DNA from: Halanaerobiales bacterium
GTDB lineage: Bacteria; Bacillota; Halanaerobiia; Halanaerobiales; DTU029
Assembly (NCBI GenBank): GCA_025451675.1
Contig: JANWJZ010000038.1
Coordinates: 3,387-67,386 of the forward strand
DNA length: 64,000 bases
Direction of reading: 5' to 3'
Shown: in pieces, positions 19,663-29,831 of the stretch
How the letters are laid out: each line of letters starts with the position of its first letter
How positions within the stretch are numbered: the first letter of the stretch is position 1
Made by a program: the position numbers and the translations under genes
The notes under the pieces: generated by a model
Told to the model about the DNA's origin: nothing
Database searches by the model: none
Seen by the model: only the letters and a program-made list of their open reading frames with translations

Positions 19663-20013
19663 CTATAGGTGTTTTTTAATCTTTTCAACCCTCTGCATTA
19701 AGCTGGTCTTAACTGAATTCTCTATCTGATATTCCCTGATGGCTTTTTCCAGCTCATCTAATTCTTTTTTCAACACTTTATAACGTTTAATCAAGCCCAG
19801 TTTCTCTTCATATTCCCGCAGGGCCTCTTCTCCCCGGTGCAGGTGGTCATAGACACCCTGTCTGCTTATCTCCAACCTTTCGGCTATCTCACTCAATGAT
19901 AAATCCTGGTAATAATACAACTGGATGGCCTCCTGTTGCTTCTCAGTCAACAGACTGCCATAGAAATCAAACAATATACCAATCTCAATAACTTTATCCA
20001 ACATGTAGACCAC
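19663..20013 (-). CDS. ylxM: YlxM/UPF0122 helix-turn-helix protein of the ffh operon
   Basis: 116 aa, LFDFYGSLLTEKQQEAIQLYYYQDLSLSEIAERLEISRQGVYD. The start could be the internal MLDK three codons in. Confidence 0.85.
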   Translation of the reverse strand: MVYMLDKVIEIGILFDFYGSLLTEKQQEAIQLYYYQDLSLSEIAERLEISRQGVYDHLHRGEEALREYEEKLGLIKRYKVLKKELDELEKAIREYQIENSVKTSLMQRVEKIKKHL

Positions 20014-20100
20014 CCATACCTTATAGTGAACTTGTTCCTTAATTGAGGCCAGTAGTACAGCAGGAACTAAACTGTTAAGTATTTTTGCTTTACAGTGTAT

Positions 20101-20130
20101 AGTTTACTATAACATATCATTCGCTGTCAA
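20101..20130 (-). promoter_or_regulatory. Candidate sigma-A promoter for ylxM-ffh
   Basis: Minus strand TTGACA (20130-20125), 18-nt spacer, TAAACT (20106-20101). Confidence 0.4.
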
Positions 20131-20164
20131 GTATTTTAACTTGAATTCGTTAAAAAAATTTCTT

Positions 20165-20201
20165 AAAAAAAATCTCCTGATGGGATAAACTCCATCAGGA
20201 G
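20165..20201 (-). terminator. Intrinsic terminator after the citrate synthase gene
   Basis: Minus strand CTCCTGATGG, 8-nt loop, CCATCAGGAG, then ATTTTTTTT. Confidence 0.85.
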
Positions 20202-20229
20202 AGCTTAGCAACTGACTCTTAGCTATCTT

Positions 20230-21501
20230 CTATATACCATTGTTTGTCGTGGCTGATTCTTCTTCAGCATCCAGAATAATATGCCTGGTTCCAATACCAT
20301 TATAAAGCTGTTCCGGACGGAAGATTTTATTTCTAATTTTCATATGTTCTATCCAGTGAGAAACCCAGCCCAATATCCTGCCCAGGGCAAAAATAGTGGT
20401 AAAGTATTCAGGTTCAATACCAATAGCTTTCAGGATCAGTCCAGACCAGAAATCCACATTGGGGTATAATTTCTTTCCGGATAGTTTTTCCAGGACCACC
20501 TGTTCAATCTTCCTGGCTATCTCATAAAGATTCACCATCTCTTCATCTACTTCAATGATGCTATCTTCGCCAAAAACCATAGGCAGTATCTTATTTTTCA
20601 TGTACAGGGAACGGGGGTCATAGGTTTTATAAATCCGATGGCCGATTCCCATAATCCTTTCCTTCCGGGCCAGTTTCTCTTCTATATAACTCTCCACATT
20701 ATCGGGAGAGCCAATCTCCTCAAACATCTTGATTGCTCTCTCATTGGCTCCGCCATGTAAAGGTCCGGATAGAGAATTTATTGCTGAAGCAATTGAAGCA
20801 TAAATACTGGCCAGTGAGGAGGCAACAGCCCTGACAGAGAAAGTGCTGTTATTCATGGTATGGTCAGCATGTAAGATTAAAATCTTTTCAAAAACATTTA
20901 CCCAGTTCTTATCAAAGGCCAGTTCCGGATTAAAGACATATAAACAATACTGGGCAAAAGAATCAAACTCTTTTCCGGCGGCAAAATCCGCATCCTTATT
21001 CCGGAAAACACCTAAAATGCTGGGCAGTTTTGCAATCAAATTAAGGCCGCGGCGGTAATTGAGCATATAATCGTTTACACAGGCACATTCCTGGTCTTCC
21101 GCCTGTAATAATAAGACACTGGAACTCAGCATGTACATGGGATGGAGGTTATCATCCATCTCTACTATAACTTTACTGACACTCGCCGGTAAATCTTTCT
21201 TGGTAAAGAGTTCATTCCGTAATTGTACCCTTTCTTTAAGTAAGGGCAAATCACCATAGATCAACAAATAACAGATATCCTCATAAGTGCAATATTCCGC
21301 TAATTCCTGAACGGGATAACCTCTATATGTAAGTAATCCGTTCTCACCATCGATATGGCTGATACCGGATTTTATAACAGGTACCCCTTCCAGGCCGGGA
21401 AAATAACCTTTTTCCAATAAGGTCAGGATCAGATATCTATATTTTTCCTTTAACTCCGGGTCCTTTACATCGCTCAACAACTCATCAACACGGGTTTTCA
21501 T
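20230..21501 (-). CDS. Citrate synthase family protein (Si-type; citrate or 2-methylcitrate synthase)
   Basis: 423 aa, SGPLHGGANE, GIGHRIYKTYDPR, PNVDFWSG (catalytic His/His/Asp context). Confidence 0.85.
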   Translation of the reverse strand: MKTRVDELLSDVKDPELKEKYRYLILTLLEKGYFPGLEGVPVIKSGISHIDGENGLLTYRGYPVQELAEYCTYEDICYLLIYGDLPLLKERVQLRNELFTKKDLPASVSKVIVEMDDNLHPMYMLSSSVLLLQAEDQECACVNDYMLNYRRGLNLIAKLPSILGVFRNKDADFAAGKEFDSFAQYCLYVFNPELAFDKNWVNVFEKILILHADHTMNNSTFSVRAVASSLASIYASIASAINSLSGPLHGGANERAIKMFEEIGSPDNVESYIEEKLARKERIMGIGHRIYKTYDPRSLYMKNKILPMVFGEDSIIEVDEEMVNLYEIARKIEQVVLEKLSGKKLYPNVDFWSGLILKAIGIEPEYFTTIFALGRILGWVSHWIEHMKIRNKIFRPEQLYNGIGTRHIILDAEEESATTNNGI

Positions 21502-21646
21502 AGTTTCTACTCACTCCTTCTCAACCTTAATTTAGTCGCCCTTCTGTTACTTCTTCTTCACTACTCCCATACTGATAGTAACAGAAAAATAAAAAGACCT
21601 TCAAACCAGTCCAGCAATTTAATAAATGTATATTTGCTTTTTTAAG

Positions 21647-21675
21647 ATAATATCACAATAATTATTTTTATACAA
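21647..21675 (-). promoter_or_regulatory. Candidate sigma-A promoter (extended -10) for the citrate synthase gene
   Basis: Minus strand TTGTAT (21675-21670), 17-nt spacer ending TGA, TATTAT (21652-21647). Implies a leader of about 140 nt. Confidence 0.45.
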
Positions 21676-21714
21676 GAATTTTTTTCGAAAAAATTTTTCA
21701 GGAAAGAGTAGAAA

Positions 21715-22485
21715 TTATTGAAGGACAGCGAAATATTTGCGCAGGATCTCCTTATTTCCCTTTTTTCCCGATAAGTACAGAGTTACATATTTATCCAGCA
21801 AATCGATAGGGTTAGACTCTTTCTCCCGTAGTGGAATCTGCAGGGTTTTTGCCAGATGCCTGATGGTACCCTCGTTGCCATCGATTATCTGGACCCCTGA
21901 GGGAAAAATCTTACGGAATAATTTTTTGAAATATATAAAATGTGTACAACCAAGGACAATGGTACCGTATTTCTCCAGATCAAAAGGAGCCAGTTCTCCC
22001 CTTAAATACTCCTGTACTGCCGGATCCTTAAACTGATAGCTTTCGGCAAACTCTACCAGGCCCGGCAGGGGTAAAGAATCCACTATATGATTATGGTCCA
22101 CCCGGGAAACCAGGTCCTCATACTTATCCTCCCTCAGGGTCAGGGGGGTAGCCAGCACCAGCACCCTCTTCTCTCCGGAATTCTTCACTGCCGGTTTTAC
22201 TGCTGGCTCCATCCCTATAATGGGCAACTGATATCTGGCCCGTAATTCCCTGACTGCAATACTGGTCGCCGTATTACAGGCCAGAACCAGGGCATCTACA
22301 CCCTGCCTGATGATGAAATCAGTAGCAGCAAAAACATATTCCTTAACCAGGTCTTTGTCCTTGGTCCCATAGGGGACATTCTCTATATCCGCATAATATA
22401 TATAATCAAGATCATCCAGTAAACGCATGGCATCATAGAGTACAGTAAGCCCGCCAATACCGGAATCAAAAAATCCTACCCGCAT
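21715..22485 (-). CDS. murI: Glutamate racemase
   Basis: 256 aa, VGFFDSGIGGLTV, YADIENVPYG, LACNTAT, LGCTHF. Confidence 0.92.
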   Translation of the reverse strand: MRVGFFDSGIGGLTVLYDAMRLLDDLDYIYYADIENVPYGTKDKDLVKEYVFAATDFIIRQGVDALVLACNTATSIAVRELRARYQLPIIGMEPAVKPAVKNSGEKRVLVLATPLTLREDKYEDLVSRVDHNHIVDSLPLPGLVEFAESYQFKDPAVQEYLRGELAPFDLEKYGTIVLGCTHFIYFKKLFRKIFPSGVQIIDGNEGTIRHLAKTLQIPLREKESNPIDLLDKYVTLYLSGKKGNKEILRKYFAVLQ

Positions 22486-22512
22486 AAAACTTCATCTCCA
22501 TTAATCGAAAAA

Positions 22513-23547
22513 TTAATCTAAAAAGAGGGCCTTCACGAATTCTTCTGGATTGAAATCCTGCAAATCTTCTGCCGCTTCCCCGACACCAATCAATTTAATG
22601 GGGATGCCCAGCTCGTTCTTGATAGCCACGACTATACCGCCCTTTGCTGTACCATCCAGCTTGGTCAGGGCAATACCGTCAACATTAATGGCCTCGTGAA
22701 ATAATCTGGCCTGATTGATGGCATTCTGTCCAGTGGTAGCATCCAGAACCAGCAGCACCTGTATATTGCTACCTTCACCTTCCCTTTCAATGACCCTTTT
22801 TACCTTCTTCAATTCTTCCATGAGATTCTTCTGGGTATGCAGGCGCCCGGCTGTATCCACGATCAATAAATCCACGTCCCTGGCTTTAGCTGCCTGAACA
22901 GCATCATAGGCAACTGCTGCCGCATCTGCTCCTTCCTGCTGGGCAATGAGGCTGACGCCAATCCGCTCACTCCAGACCCGCAACTGGTCAATGGCTGCAG
23001 CCCGGAAGGTATCACCGGCAGCAAGAAGGACACTCTTTCCTTCATTTTTATATCTCTGGGCTATCTTTGCTATGGTAGTAGTCTTCCCTACACCGTTCAC
23101 CCCAACTACCATCAATATATTCAAACCTCCTGCCAGTTCCAGTCCCGCATTTTCTGCCTGCAGGAGTTCAGTTAATTGTTGCCTGAATAAATCGTTTAAT
23201 TTTTCCGGTTCCTTAATTCCCTCTTCCTCCACCCGTTCTCTCAGTTCTTCTACCAGCTGGATGGTGGTCTTTACACCTACATCAGCCTGGATTAAAATCT
23301 CTTCCAGTTCTTCAAATAATTCTTCATCTATCTTACCATAGGAAGTAAATAAACTGCTCACCTGATTTATAAAACCATCCCTGGTTTTACTCAGGCCGGA
23401 TTTCAATCTGCTGAATAGGCTTTGTTTTGCCTTCTTATCTTCCCCTGCAGTCTCAACCGGTTTTTCTATATTTTTATCTTCCATTACTTCTTCAATATTT
23501 ATCTCTTTTTTATTCTTATCTCTCTTAAAAAAGTTTAACATCTGCAT
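22513..23547 (-). CDS. ftsY: Signal recognition particle receptor FtsY
   Basis: 344 aa, acidic N-terminal region, GVNGVGKTTT, DTAGRL, TKLDGTAKGG. Confidence 0.95.
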   Translation of the reverse strand: MQMLNFFKRDKNKKEINIEEVMEDKNIEKPVETAGEDKKAKQSLFSRLKSGLSKTRDGFINQVSSLFTSYGKIDEELFEELEEILIQADVGVKTTIQLVEELRERVEEEGIKEPEKLNDLFRQQLTELLQAENAGLELAGGLNILMVVGVNGVGKTTTIAKIAQRYKNEGKSVLLAAGDTFRAAAIDQLRVWSERIGVSLIAQQEGADAAAVAYDAVQAAKARDVDLLIVDTAGRLHTQKNLMEELKKVKRVIEREGEGSNIQVLLVLDATTGQNAINQARLFHEAINVDGIALTKLDGTAKGGIVVAIKNELGIPIKLIGVGEAAEDLQDFNPEEFVKALFLD

Positions 23548-23627
23548 TACTCCTTTTTAAATATATTTATTTCCACTATCAGCCATTATTATGATTCAGG
23601 CAATAGCGTATTTTCTTGCCAGCATCT

Positions 23628-26600
23628 TCAGGCAATTTCTTCATCCAGCCTTAAAGATACAACCTTGGAAACTCCCTTTTCTTCCATGGTAACACCATAG
23701 ATTATATCTGCCTCTGACATCATGATTTTGTTATGGGTTATTATGAGAAACTGAGCGTCCCGGGAGTGGGCTTTCAGGTAATTAATAAATCTCCTGACAT
23801 TGGCATCATCAAGGGGAGCATCAATCTCATCCAGTATATAAAGAGGACTGGGATTAACCCGTAAAAAGGCAAAAACCAGGGCTATGGCAGTAAGGGCCCT
23901 CTCCCCTCCTGACATCAGGGTCAGATTCTTCAGTTGTTTTCCTGGTGGCTGGGCCTCGATATCAATACCGGTCTCCATCAGGTTCTCCGGTTTGGTCAGG
24001 TACAGTTCAGCCTTTCCGCCATTGAACAGTTCCTGGAAGGTTTTTTCGAACTCCTCCTTGACAGCAACAAAGGTTTGATAGAAAAGGGAACTCATGCTCC
24101 TTTCCAGTTCTTCGATAACCTTTTCTACTGAGTCTTTGGCCTGGATAAGATCATCCTTCTGTTCCTTCAGGTAATCAAGCCTTTCCTTTAATTCCTCGTA
24201 TTCCTCAACGGCAGCCAGGTTTATCGGGCCAAGCCTTTTAATACTATCCTTCAATTCCTGCACCCTCTGGCTGACCATTGCCTGATTCTCTATCCGGAAC
24301 CTGTCCGGATAACCCTTTTCCGGATCTACCTCATATTCTTCCAGCAGCCGTTCCTGGATCTGGATTCTTTTATCCTCCAGCCGGCTAATCTTAAAACTGA
24401 TTCTATGATATTCTTCCCTGATTTTGTTTAAATCCAGCTGATCTCTATTATAGTTCTCCTGGAGCCTCTTGAGCTGCTCTTCTTTTTCCTCCAATGCTGC
24501 CGCCTGTTTATTATATTCTTCCTCCACATCCCTGCTCTCCCGGAAAAAATCCCTCTCCATTTCCTCTAATTCAGCCTGGCGTCCGGCGATATCGATCAGT
24601 TTATCCTCAATATCCTGTAAAATTTTCTGTAAGTCCTGCTCTCTATCTTTAAGATTGGCATAATCGCTTTCCAGGCCATCCAGTTCCCGCTGCAGACTGT
24701 CTTTTTCCTGCTGGATAGTGGCCAGTTCTATCCTTATCTCCGTCAATTCCCTGTTCTTCTCTTCTTCCTTTTCTTCCAGTAGCCAGATTTCCTCTTCCTT
24801 CTGGCCAATTTCCTCCCTTTCCCGGAATTGCTCATTATTGATGATGGAAAGCTCTTTCTCCAGGCGCTGCAGTATATTATCATTCATACCCAGCTGGCTA
24901 TGATATTCTTCAAAATCTTTATCAATCAGCTCCAGCTCTTTCTCCAGCCGGCTGCTCTCCTTATCCAGGTTTAACATATCCTTACTTAAATCATTATTCT
25001 CAAATTCCAGCCTCTTGAGTTCTTCTTCCTTTTCCCTGGCCGAAGATAAAAGTTCTTCCCTGGCCTGCTTCAGTGCCTCCAGCCTGGCCTTCTCCTCTTC
25101 AAATACCTCCGCCAGTCCTCTCAACTTTTCTTTCAATTCATTGATTTCCCGGCTCCGTCCCAGGAGGCCTGGTTTGGTACTGGTCTGGCTGCCGCCAGTA
25201 ATGGCCCCGCCGGAACTGATATAATCACCATCCAGGGTTACAATCTGTAAACTTCCCTTTATTTTTTTGGCAATTTCCACGGCAGTATCAAGATCTTCTG
25301 AAACAAGGGTTCTCCCCAGTAAACTATGGATTATCCCTTCCATCTCACCTGAATAGGCAACCAGATCGGAAGCCAGGCCGATAAAACCAGGCAGTTTATC
25401 CAGTTCAGCTTTTTCCACCCTGGCCCTGTTGCCCCTGACCATATTCAGGGGCAAAAAGGTGGCTTTACCACCCTTGTTCTCTTTCAAAAACTTAACTGCC
25501 CTTCTGGCAGCAGCATCATCTTCAGTGACAATATTCTGCAGCCTGCCGCCCAGGGCTGTCTCAATGGCCAGTTCATATTTTTTATCTACCTGGATCAGGT
25601 CAGCTATAACCCCTCTGATTCCAGGCAGCTGTTCCCGGTGCTGCAGGACCATCCTGACTCCCCGGTAATAACCCTCATATTCATCCTCCATCTCCTGTAA
25701 TAATTTTAAATGGGAGCTGCTATGGTTATATTGGTTTTTTATAGCCTCTATTTTCTCCTCTTCTTTTTTAATCTCTGCAGTTAATTCTGCTTCCCTTTTC
25801 TGGCAGGCCAATAGTTCCTGTTTACTACTCAGGAATTTAGCCTCCAGTATATTTCTACGTTCCTGCAATTCCTTTCTCTTCAAGAGGTTTTCGTCAAATT
25901 CTTCAGAGATAAGCTTTCTCTTTGCAGCCAGTCTTTCAATTTCCCTTTCCAGATAGCGTCCCTTTTCCCTGCGCTGTTCCAGTTCTGACTGCATTTCCTT
26001 CAGTTCCAGATTCTCACTGAGTATGAAATCACGTCTTTGATGCAGTTCTTCTTTTTTTGTTGTAATCAACCTTTTAATTGCACTTAATTCGTCCTCCAGG
26101 GCCTTCATTGTTTCATTAATATCATCCTCCAGCCGGGACAATTCCCTGATCCTGCCTTGTAATTCTTCCTTCCTTTTCTGGCTCCGGGCCAGATCAGCCT
26201 GGATATTGTCAAGCTGTTTCCTGTGGTTTTCCCTTTCCCTCCGTAATCCGCTATCCCTTTCCAGCAGTATCTGCAATTGATTGGCAGCCTCTTCCTTCTT
26301 ACTTCTGAGGAGATAAAGCCTGTTTTGTAACTCTTCCACTGCTGCCTCTTCCAGCCGCAGTTCTTCCGCCTTTTCTGAGAGGAACCTGGCGGTTTCCTCC
26401 ACCCTTATTTCCAGTGCAGTAAGCCTCTCCTGGAGAGCTTCCTCATCCTTTTTACCTCCCAGGAGTATCTTTTCATTATCTTCCCATTGATCCAGCAAGA
26501 GATTGACTTCCAGTTTCTCCAGTTCATCCCTGAATCTCCTGTATTTCTGCAATTTCTCGGCAGATCTTTTCATGGGCCTTAACTGCTTTTCCAGTTCCCA

Positions 26601-27185
26601 GATTAGATCCTTAACCCGCTGCAAATCAAGACTGATCTCTTCCAGTCTTTTCTCTGCCTCTTCTTTCCGGGTTTTATGTTTAACTATACCTGCAGCCTCT
26701 TCAAACAAACCACGTAGTTTTTCAGGTTTACAGCTGAGGATGGCATCGATCTTTCCCTGTTCCACAATTGAGTATGATTCATTACCGAGACCGGTGTCCA
26801 TCAATAATTCCCTGATATCTTTCAGGCGGCAGGCCTGTCCATTTATATAATAATCACTCTGCCCTTCCCTGTTAACAGTACGCCTGATCCTTATTTCTCT
26901 CTCCGGACTGGGAAGGATCTGCTTTGAATTATCAAAATATAGGGTAACACTGGCTTTCTCCAGCGCTTTATAATCAGCACTACCGGCAAAAATAATATCT
27001 GACATCTTGCCTCCACGCAGGCTTCTGGCACTCTGTTCACCAAGTGCCCATCTAATGGCATCAACAACATTACTCTTCCCACTACCATTGGGACCGACAA
27101 TGGCTGTTAAAGGGGCGGGAAAATCTATTACTATGGGATTGGCAAAAGATTTAAACCCATGAATTTTTATTTTTTTCAGGAACAT
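23628..27185 (-). CDS. smc: Chromosome partition protein Smc
   Basis: 1185 aa, N-terminal Walker A (GPNGSGKSN), long coiled coils, hinge (GVIADLI..), C-terminal LSGGE signature and Walker B (LYILDEIDAPLD). Confidence 0.96.
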   Translation of the reverse strand: MFLKKIKIHGFKSFANPIVIDFPAPLTAIVGPNGSGKSNVVDAIRWALGEQSARSLRGGKMSDIIFAGSADYKALEKASVTLYFDNSKQILPSPEREIRIRRTVNREGQSDYYINGQACRLKDIRELLMDTGLGNESYSIVEQGKIDAILSCKPEKLRGLFEEAAGIVKHKTRKEEAEKRLEEISLDLQRVKDLIWELEKQLRPMKRSAEKLQKYRRFRDELEKLEVNLLLDQWEDNEKILLGGKKDEEALQERLTALEIRVEETARFLSEKAEELRLEEAAVEELQNRLYLLRSKKEEAANQLQILLERDSGLRRERENHRKQLDNIQADLARSQKRKEELQGRIRELSRLEDDINETMKALEDELSAIKRLITTKKEELHQRRDFILSENLELKEMQSELEQRREKGRYLEREIERLAAKRKLISEEFDENLLKRKELQERRNILEAKFLSSKQELLACQKREAELTAEIKKEEEKIEAIKNQYNHSSSHLKLLQEMEDEYEGYYRGVRMVLQHREQLPGIRGVIADLIQVDKKYELAIETALGGRLQNIVTEDDAAARRAVKFLKENKGGKATFLPLNMVRGNRARVEKAELDKLPGFIGLASDLVAYSGEMEGIIHSLLGRTLVSEDLDTAVEIAKKIKGSLQIVTLDGDYISSGGAITGGSQTSTKPGLLGRSREINELKEKLRGLAEVFEEEKARLEALKQAREELLSSAREKEEELKRLEFENNDLSKDMLNLDKESSRLEKELELIDKDFEEYHSQLGMNDNILQRLEKELSIINNEQFREREEIGQKEEEIWLLEEKEEEKNRELTEIRIELATIQQEKDSLQRELDGLESDYANLKDREQDLQKILQDIEDKLIDIAGRQAELEEMERDFFRESRDVEEEYNKQAAALEEKEEQLKRLQENYNRDQLDLNKIREEYHRISFKISRLEDKRIQIQERLLEEYEVDPEKGYPDRFRIENQAMVSQRVQELKDSIKRLGPINLAAVEEYEELKERLDYLKEQKDDLIQAKDSVEKVIEELERSMSSLFYQTFVAVKEEFEKTFQELFNGGKAELYLTKPENLMETGIDIEAQPPGKQLKNLTLMSGGERALTAIALVFAFLRVNPSPLYILDEIDAPLDDANVRRFINYLKAHSRDAQFLIITHNKIMMSEADIIYGVTMEEKGVSKVVSLRLDEEIA

Positions 27186-27206
27186 TCATTTTCACCCCAG
27201 TCTACA

Positions 27207-27238
27207 AGATAAAAACCTATCCCTTTACTGGATAGGTT
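27207..27238 (-). terminator. Intrinsic terminator between rluB and smc
   Basis: Minus strand AACCTATCC, 7-nt loop, GGATAGGTT, then TTTATCTT. Confidence 0.7.
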
Positions 27239-27293
27239 AAGAAATACTATTAATTATATATTCTTTATAAAAAATAAAAATCCTGCATTCTTT

Positions 27294-28007
27294 TCAGGTC
27301 AGACTCTGCAACATTTTTATCTCCTTTTCTGTCAGATATCGATATCTCCCCTCAGGCAAATCACCCAGTTCCAGAAAGGCAAATTTTATTCTCTTTAGAC
27401 TCTTTACCGGATAACCTATTGCTTCACACATCCTCCGCACCTGGCGGTTCCTTCCTTCATGGATGGTCAGCAGAAAACTAGTACTATTTTTACCTGTTTT
27501 CACCTCCGCTACGGCAGCCGGAGCAGTCATCCCGTCACTGAGCATTACACCCTTCTCCAGCCTCGCCAGTTCTTTCCCCGGCTTTCCTTCCACCTCCACC
27601 AGGTAGGTTTTCTTAACCTCAAAGGAAGGATGGGTTAGTTTATAGGTCAGTTCTCCATCATTGGTCAGGATTAAAAGTCCGCTGGTATCATAATCCAGCC
27701 GCCCTACCGGGTAAACCCGCTCCTTCACATCAGCAACCAGATCCAGGACAGTCCTGCGCCCGCGGGGATCATCAACAGTACTGATATAACCTACTGGTTT
27801 ATTTAAAAGGATATAGACCTTTTTCTCTTCCCTGATTGGCTTTCCGTCAACTTCTATAAAATCCTCTGGACTAACCTTCCGGCCCAGTTCCCGGACAGTC
27901 TCTCCATTAACCTTTACCCTTCCCTCCAGGATTAGTTGTTCTGCCTTTCTCCTGGAGGCAATTCCGGCATGGGCCATAACCTTCTGCAATCTCTCCATTA
28001 TATACAC
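27294..28007 (-). CDS. rluB: 23S rRNA pseudouridine synthase, RsuA/RluB family
   Basis: 237 aa, S4 domain (RLQKVMAHAGIASRR), catalytic VGRLDYDTSGLL. The start is possibly MERLQ at 27998. Confidence 0.88.
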   Translation of the reverse strand: MYIMERLQKVMAHAGIASRRKAEQLILEGRVKVNGETVRELGRKVSPEDFIEVDGKPIREEKKVYILLNKPVGYISTVDDPRGRRTVLDLVADVKERVYPVGRLDYDTSGLLILTNDGELTYKLTHPSFEVKKTYLVEVEGKPGKELARLEKGVMLSDGMTAPAAVAEVKTGKNSTSFLLTIHEGRNRQVRRMCEAIGYPVKSLKRIKFAFLELGDLPEGRYRYLTEKEIKMLQSLT

Positions 28008-28171
28008 CTCTGCAAATACTTAAATAATCCCACTACTTTTATGTTATCTATCCCGTATCAAAATATTTAATCCCATATATTTAAATCAAATTAATATTCA
28101 CCGCTATATTAAATTATAAAATAATAAAAACTGCCTGTAAATAAACTCCCTATAATTATTTATTTCTGTAA

Positions 28172-29341
28172 TTAATACTTCTGTGATTGTGAATATAATC
28201 CTCCATCATTCCTTGTTTTTTCTCTTAGCCAGTACCAGAAGCGGAGAAAAAGGGAGTTATAGTGCAGGTCTTCTGCCGCTACCAACCGGGTCTCAGCTAT
28301 AACCTTATAATCATCCAGGAAACAGAGTACACCCATTTCATCTCCTTTCCGGACCGGTAGATTCAGGTCTTCCTTTAGATAAATCTGTTTCTTAACCTTT
28401 ATTTCACCGGCATCAGGAATCAATAGGTCCAGGGAATCTGCTGCCAGTAAATCCAGCTTCCCTTTATCCGTCTTTTCCCAGGCCAGGCTGTAGACTGGCT
28501 CTCCCTGTTCCACTACCCGGGCCCTTTTAAAATTTTCCAGGCCGTAGTCCAGCAATCTGCGGACATCCAGCCAGTCATCCGGGTCATTCAGGACAACTGC
28601 CACCACTTCCCGCCCATTCCTACTGGCTGAGGCTACCAGGCACCGGCCGGCCGCCTTTGTATAACCGGTCTTCCCCCCAGTTATATCATCATACTGCCAG
28701 AGGAGCTTATTATGATTCCTCAAACCCCGCCCCCAGTCATTATCAGCCCAGGGAATGGTCTTCTGCTTTGTCCCGGTAATCTCCCGGAACTTTTCATTCT
28801 TTAAGGCATAGCGCATGATCATGGCCAGGTCATAGGCAGTGGAATAGTGGTTTGTATCCGGAAGACCACTTGGATTTACAAAATTACTATTTAAAGCCCC
28901 CATCTCCCTGGCTTTCTCATTCATCAATCCGGCAAACTCCTCTATAGAACCGGCAATATGCTCGGCAACAGCTACAGCCGCATCATTGCCCGAAGCCAGC
29001 ATGACTCCGTAGAGGAGGTCTTCCAGCTTTATTTTCTCTCCTTCCCGTAAATAGATGGAGGACCCCTCCTGATAGGCGGCCCGCCTGCTGACTGTCACCA
29101 GTTCCCTCAGATTTCCCTCTTCCAGGGCAATGATGGTAGTCAGGACCTTGGTCAGGCTGGCAGGAAAACTCTTCAGGTGCATGTGTTTGTTATATAGGAC
29201 CTGGCCGGTTTCTACATCGATCAGGACAGCAGACCTGGCTGAAAGCTGGGGCAGATTGGCAGCCTGAAGGGGGCTCTCAAAAATAAACAGGGCCGTATAA
29301 ATAAGTAAAAAAATACTTAAAAAGCACAAGTTCCTATTCAA
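28172..29341 (-). CDS. dacB: D-alanyl-D-alanine carboxypeptidase (S11; sporulation DacB-like by position)
   Basis: 389 aa, signal peptide, SLTK (SxxK), SGND (SxN), KTG motifs. The position before rluB and after scpAB mirrors B. subtilis dacB. Confidence 0.8.
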   Translation of the reverse strand: MNRNLCFLSIFLLIYTALFIFESPLQAANLPQLSARSAVLIDVETGQVLYNKHMHLKSFPASLTKVLTTIIALEEGNLRELVTVSRRAAYQEGSSIYLREGEKIKLEDLLYGVMLASGNDAAVAVAEHIAGSIEEFAGLMNEKAREMGALNSNFVNPSGLPDTNHYSTAYDLAMIMRYALKNEKFREITGTKQKTIPWADNDWGRGLRNHNKLLWQYDDITGGKTGYTKAAGRCLVASASRNGREVVAVVLNDPDDWLDVRRLLDYGLENFKRARVVEQGEPVYSLAWEKTDKGKLDLLAADSLDLLIPDAGEIKVKKQIYLKEDLNLPVRKGDEMGVLCFLDDYKVIAETRLVAAEDLHYNSLFLRFWYWLREKTRNDGGLYSQSQKY

Positions 29342-29404
29342 GATTATCCCACCTATTTTCAGAACTCATTACTTTTTAAGTATATGAAGATATATATATA
29401 AATA

Positions 29405-29806
29405 TTATGGATTACACTGCTTTTCTTTGATCTTTGCCAGTATCTTCTCTATCTGCTGCATAATCTCCGGGGCCACATTGATTATTCTATCCACCACCGC
29501 ATTATTGTTTACCGGCAGTAAACGGACCTGTTCTTTACCCACTACCAGAAAGGCCACGGGATTGATGCTTACTCCGGCACCACTGCCGCCGGCAAAGGGT
29601 TTTTTATCTCCATTATCCTTACTCTTTGAAGCCGTATTTATCTCACCGCCGCCGGCAGCGAAACCAAAGGAAACCCTGGAAATTGGAATGATAACAGTTC
29701 CCTCAACCGTCTCCACCGGGTCTCCCACAATGGTATTAACATCCACCATACTCTTAATATTACTCATCGCTGTATCCATCAGATTCTCAATAGGATGTTC
29801 ACCCAT
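29405..29806 (-). CDS. ytfJ: Sporulation protein YtfJ (GerW family)
   Basis: 133 aa, HPIENLMDTAMSNIKSMVDVNTIVGDPVET.EGTVIIPISRVSFGFAAGGGE. Confidence 0.85.
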   Translation of the reverse strand: MGEHPIENLMDTAMSNIKSMVDVNTIVGDPVETVEGTVIIPISRVSFGFAAGGGEINTASKSKDNGDKKPFAGGSGAGVSINPVAFLVVGKEQVRLLPVNNNAVVDRIINVAPEIMQQIEKILAKIKEKQCNP

Positions 29807-29831
29807 GTTCCCGAACCTCCCCTGGCTATTC

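Noticed and set aside
21680-21700. AT-only palindrome TTTTTTCGAAAAAA just after murI
   Set aside because: The stem would be pure A-T and thermodynamically negligible, so I do not call it a terminator or operator.
24469-26850. Series of Ser/Leu-rich plus-strand ORFs antisense to smc (e.g. 24469..24663, 25015..25224, 26503..26850)
   Set aside because: They are mirror images of the Glu/Lys/Leu-rich coiled-coil codons of smc. They are low-complexity, with no SDs or promoters.
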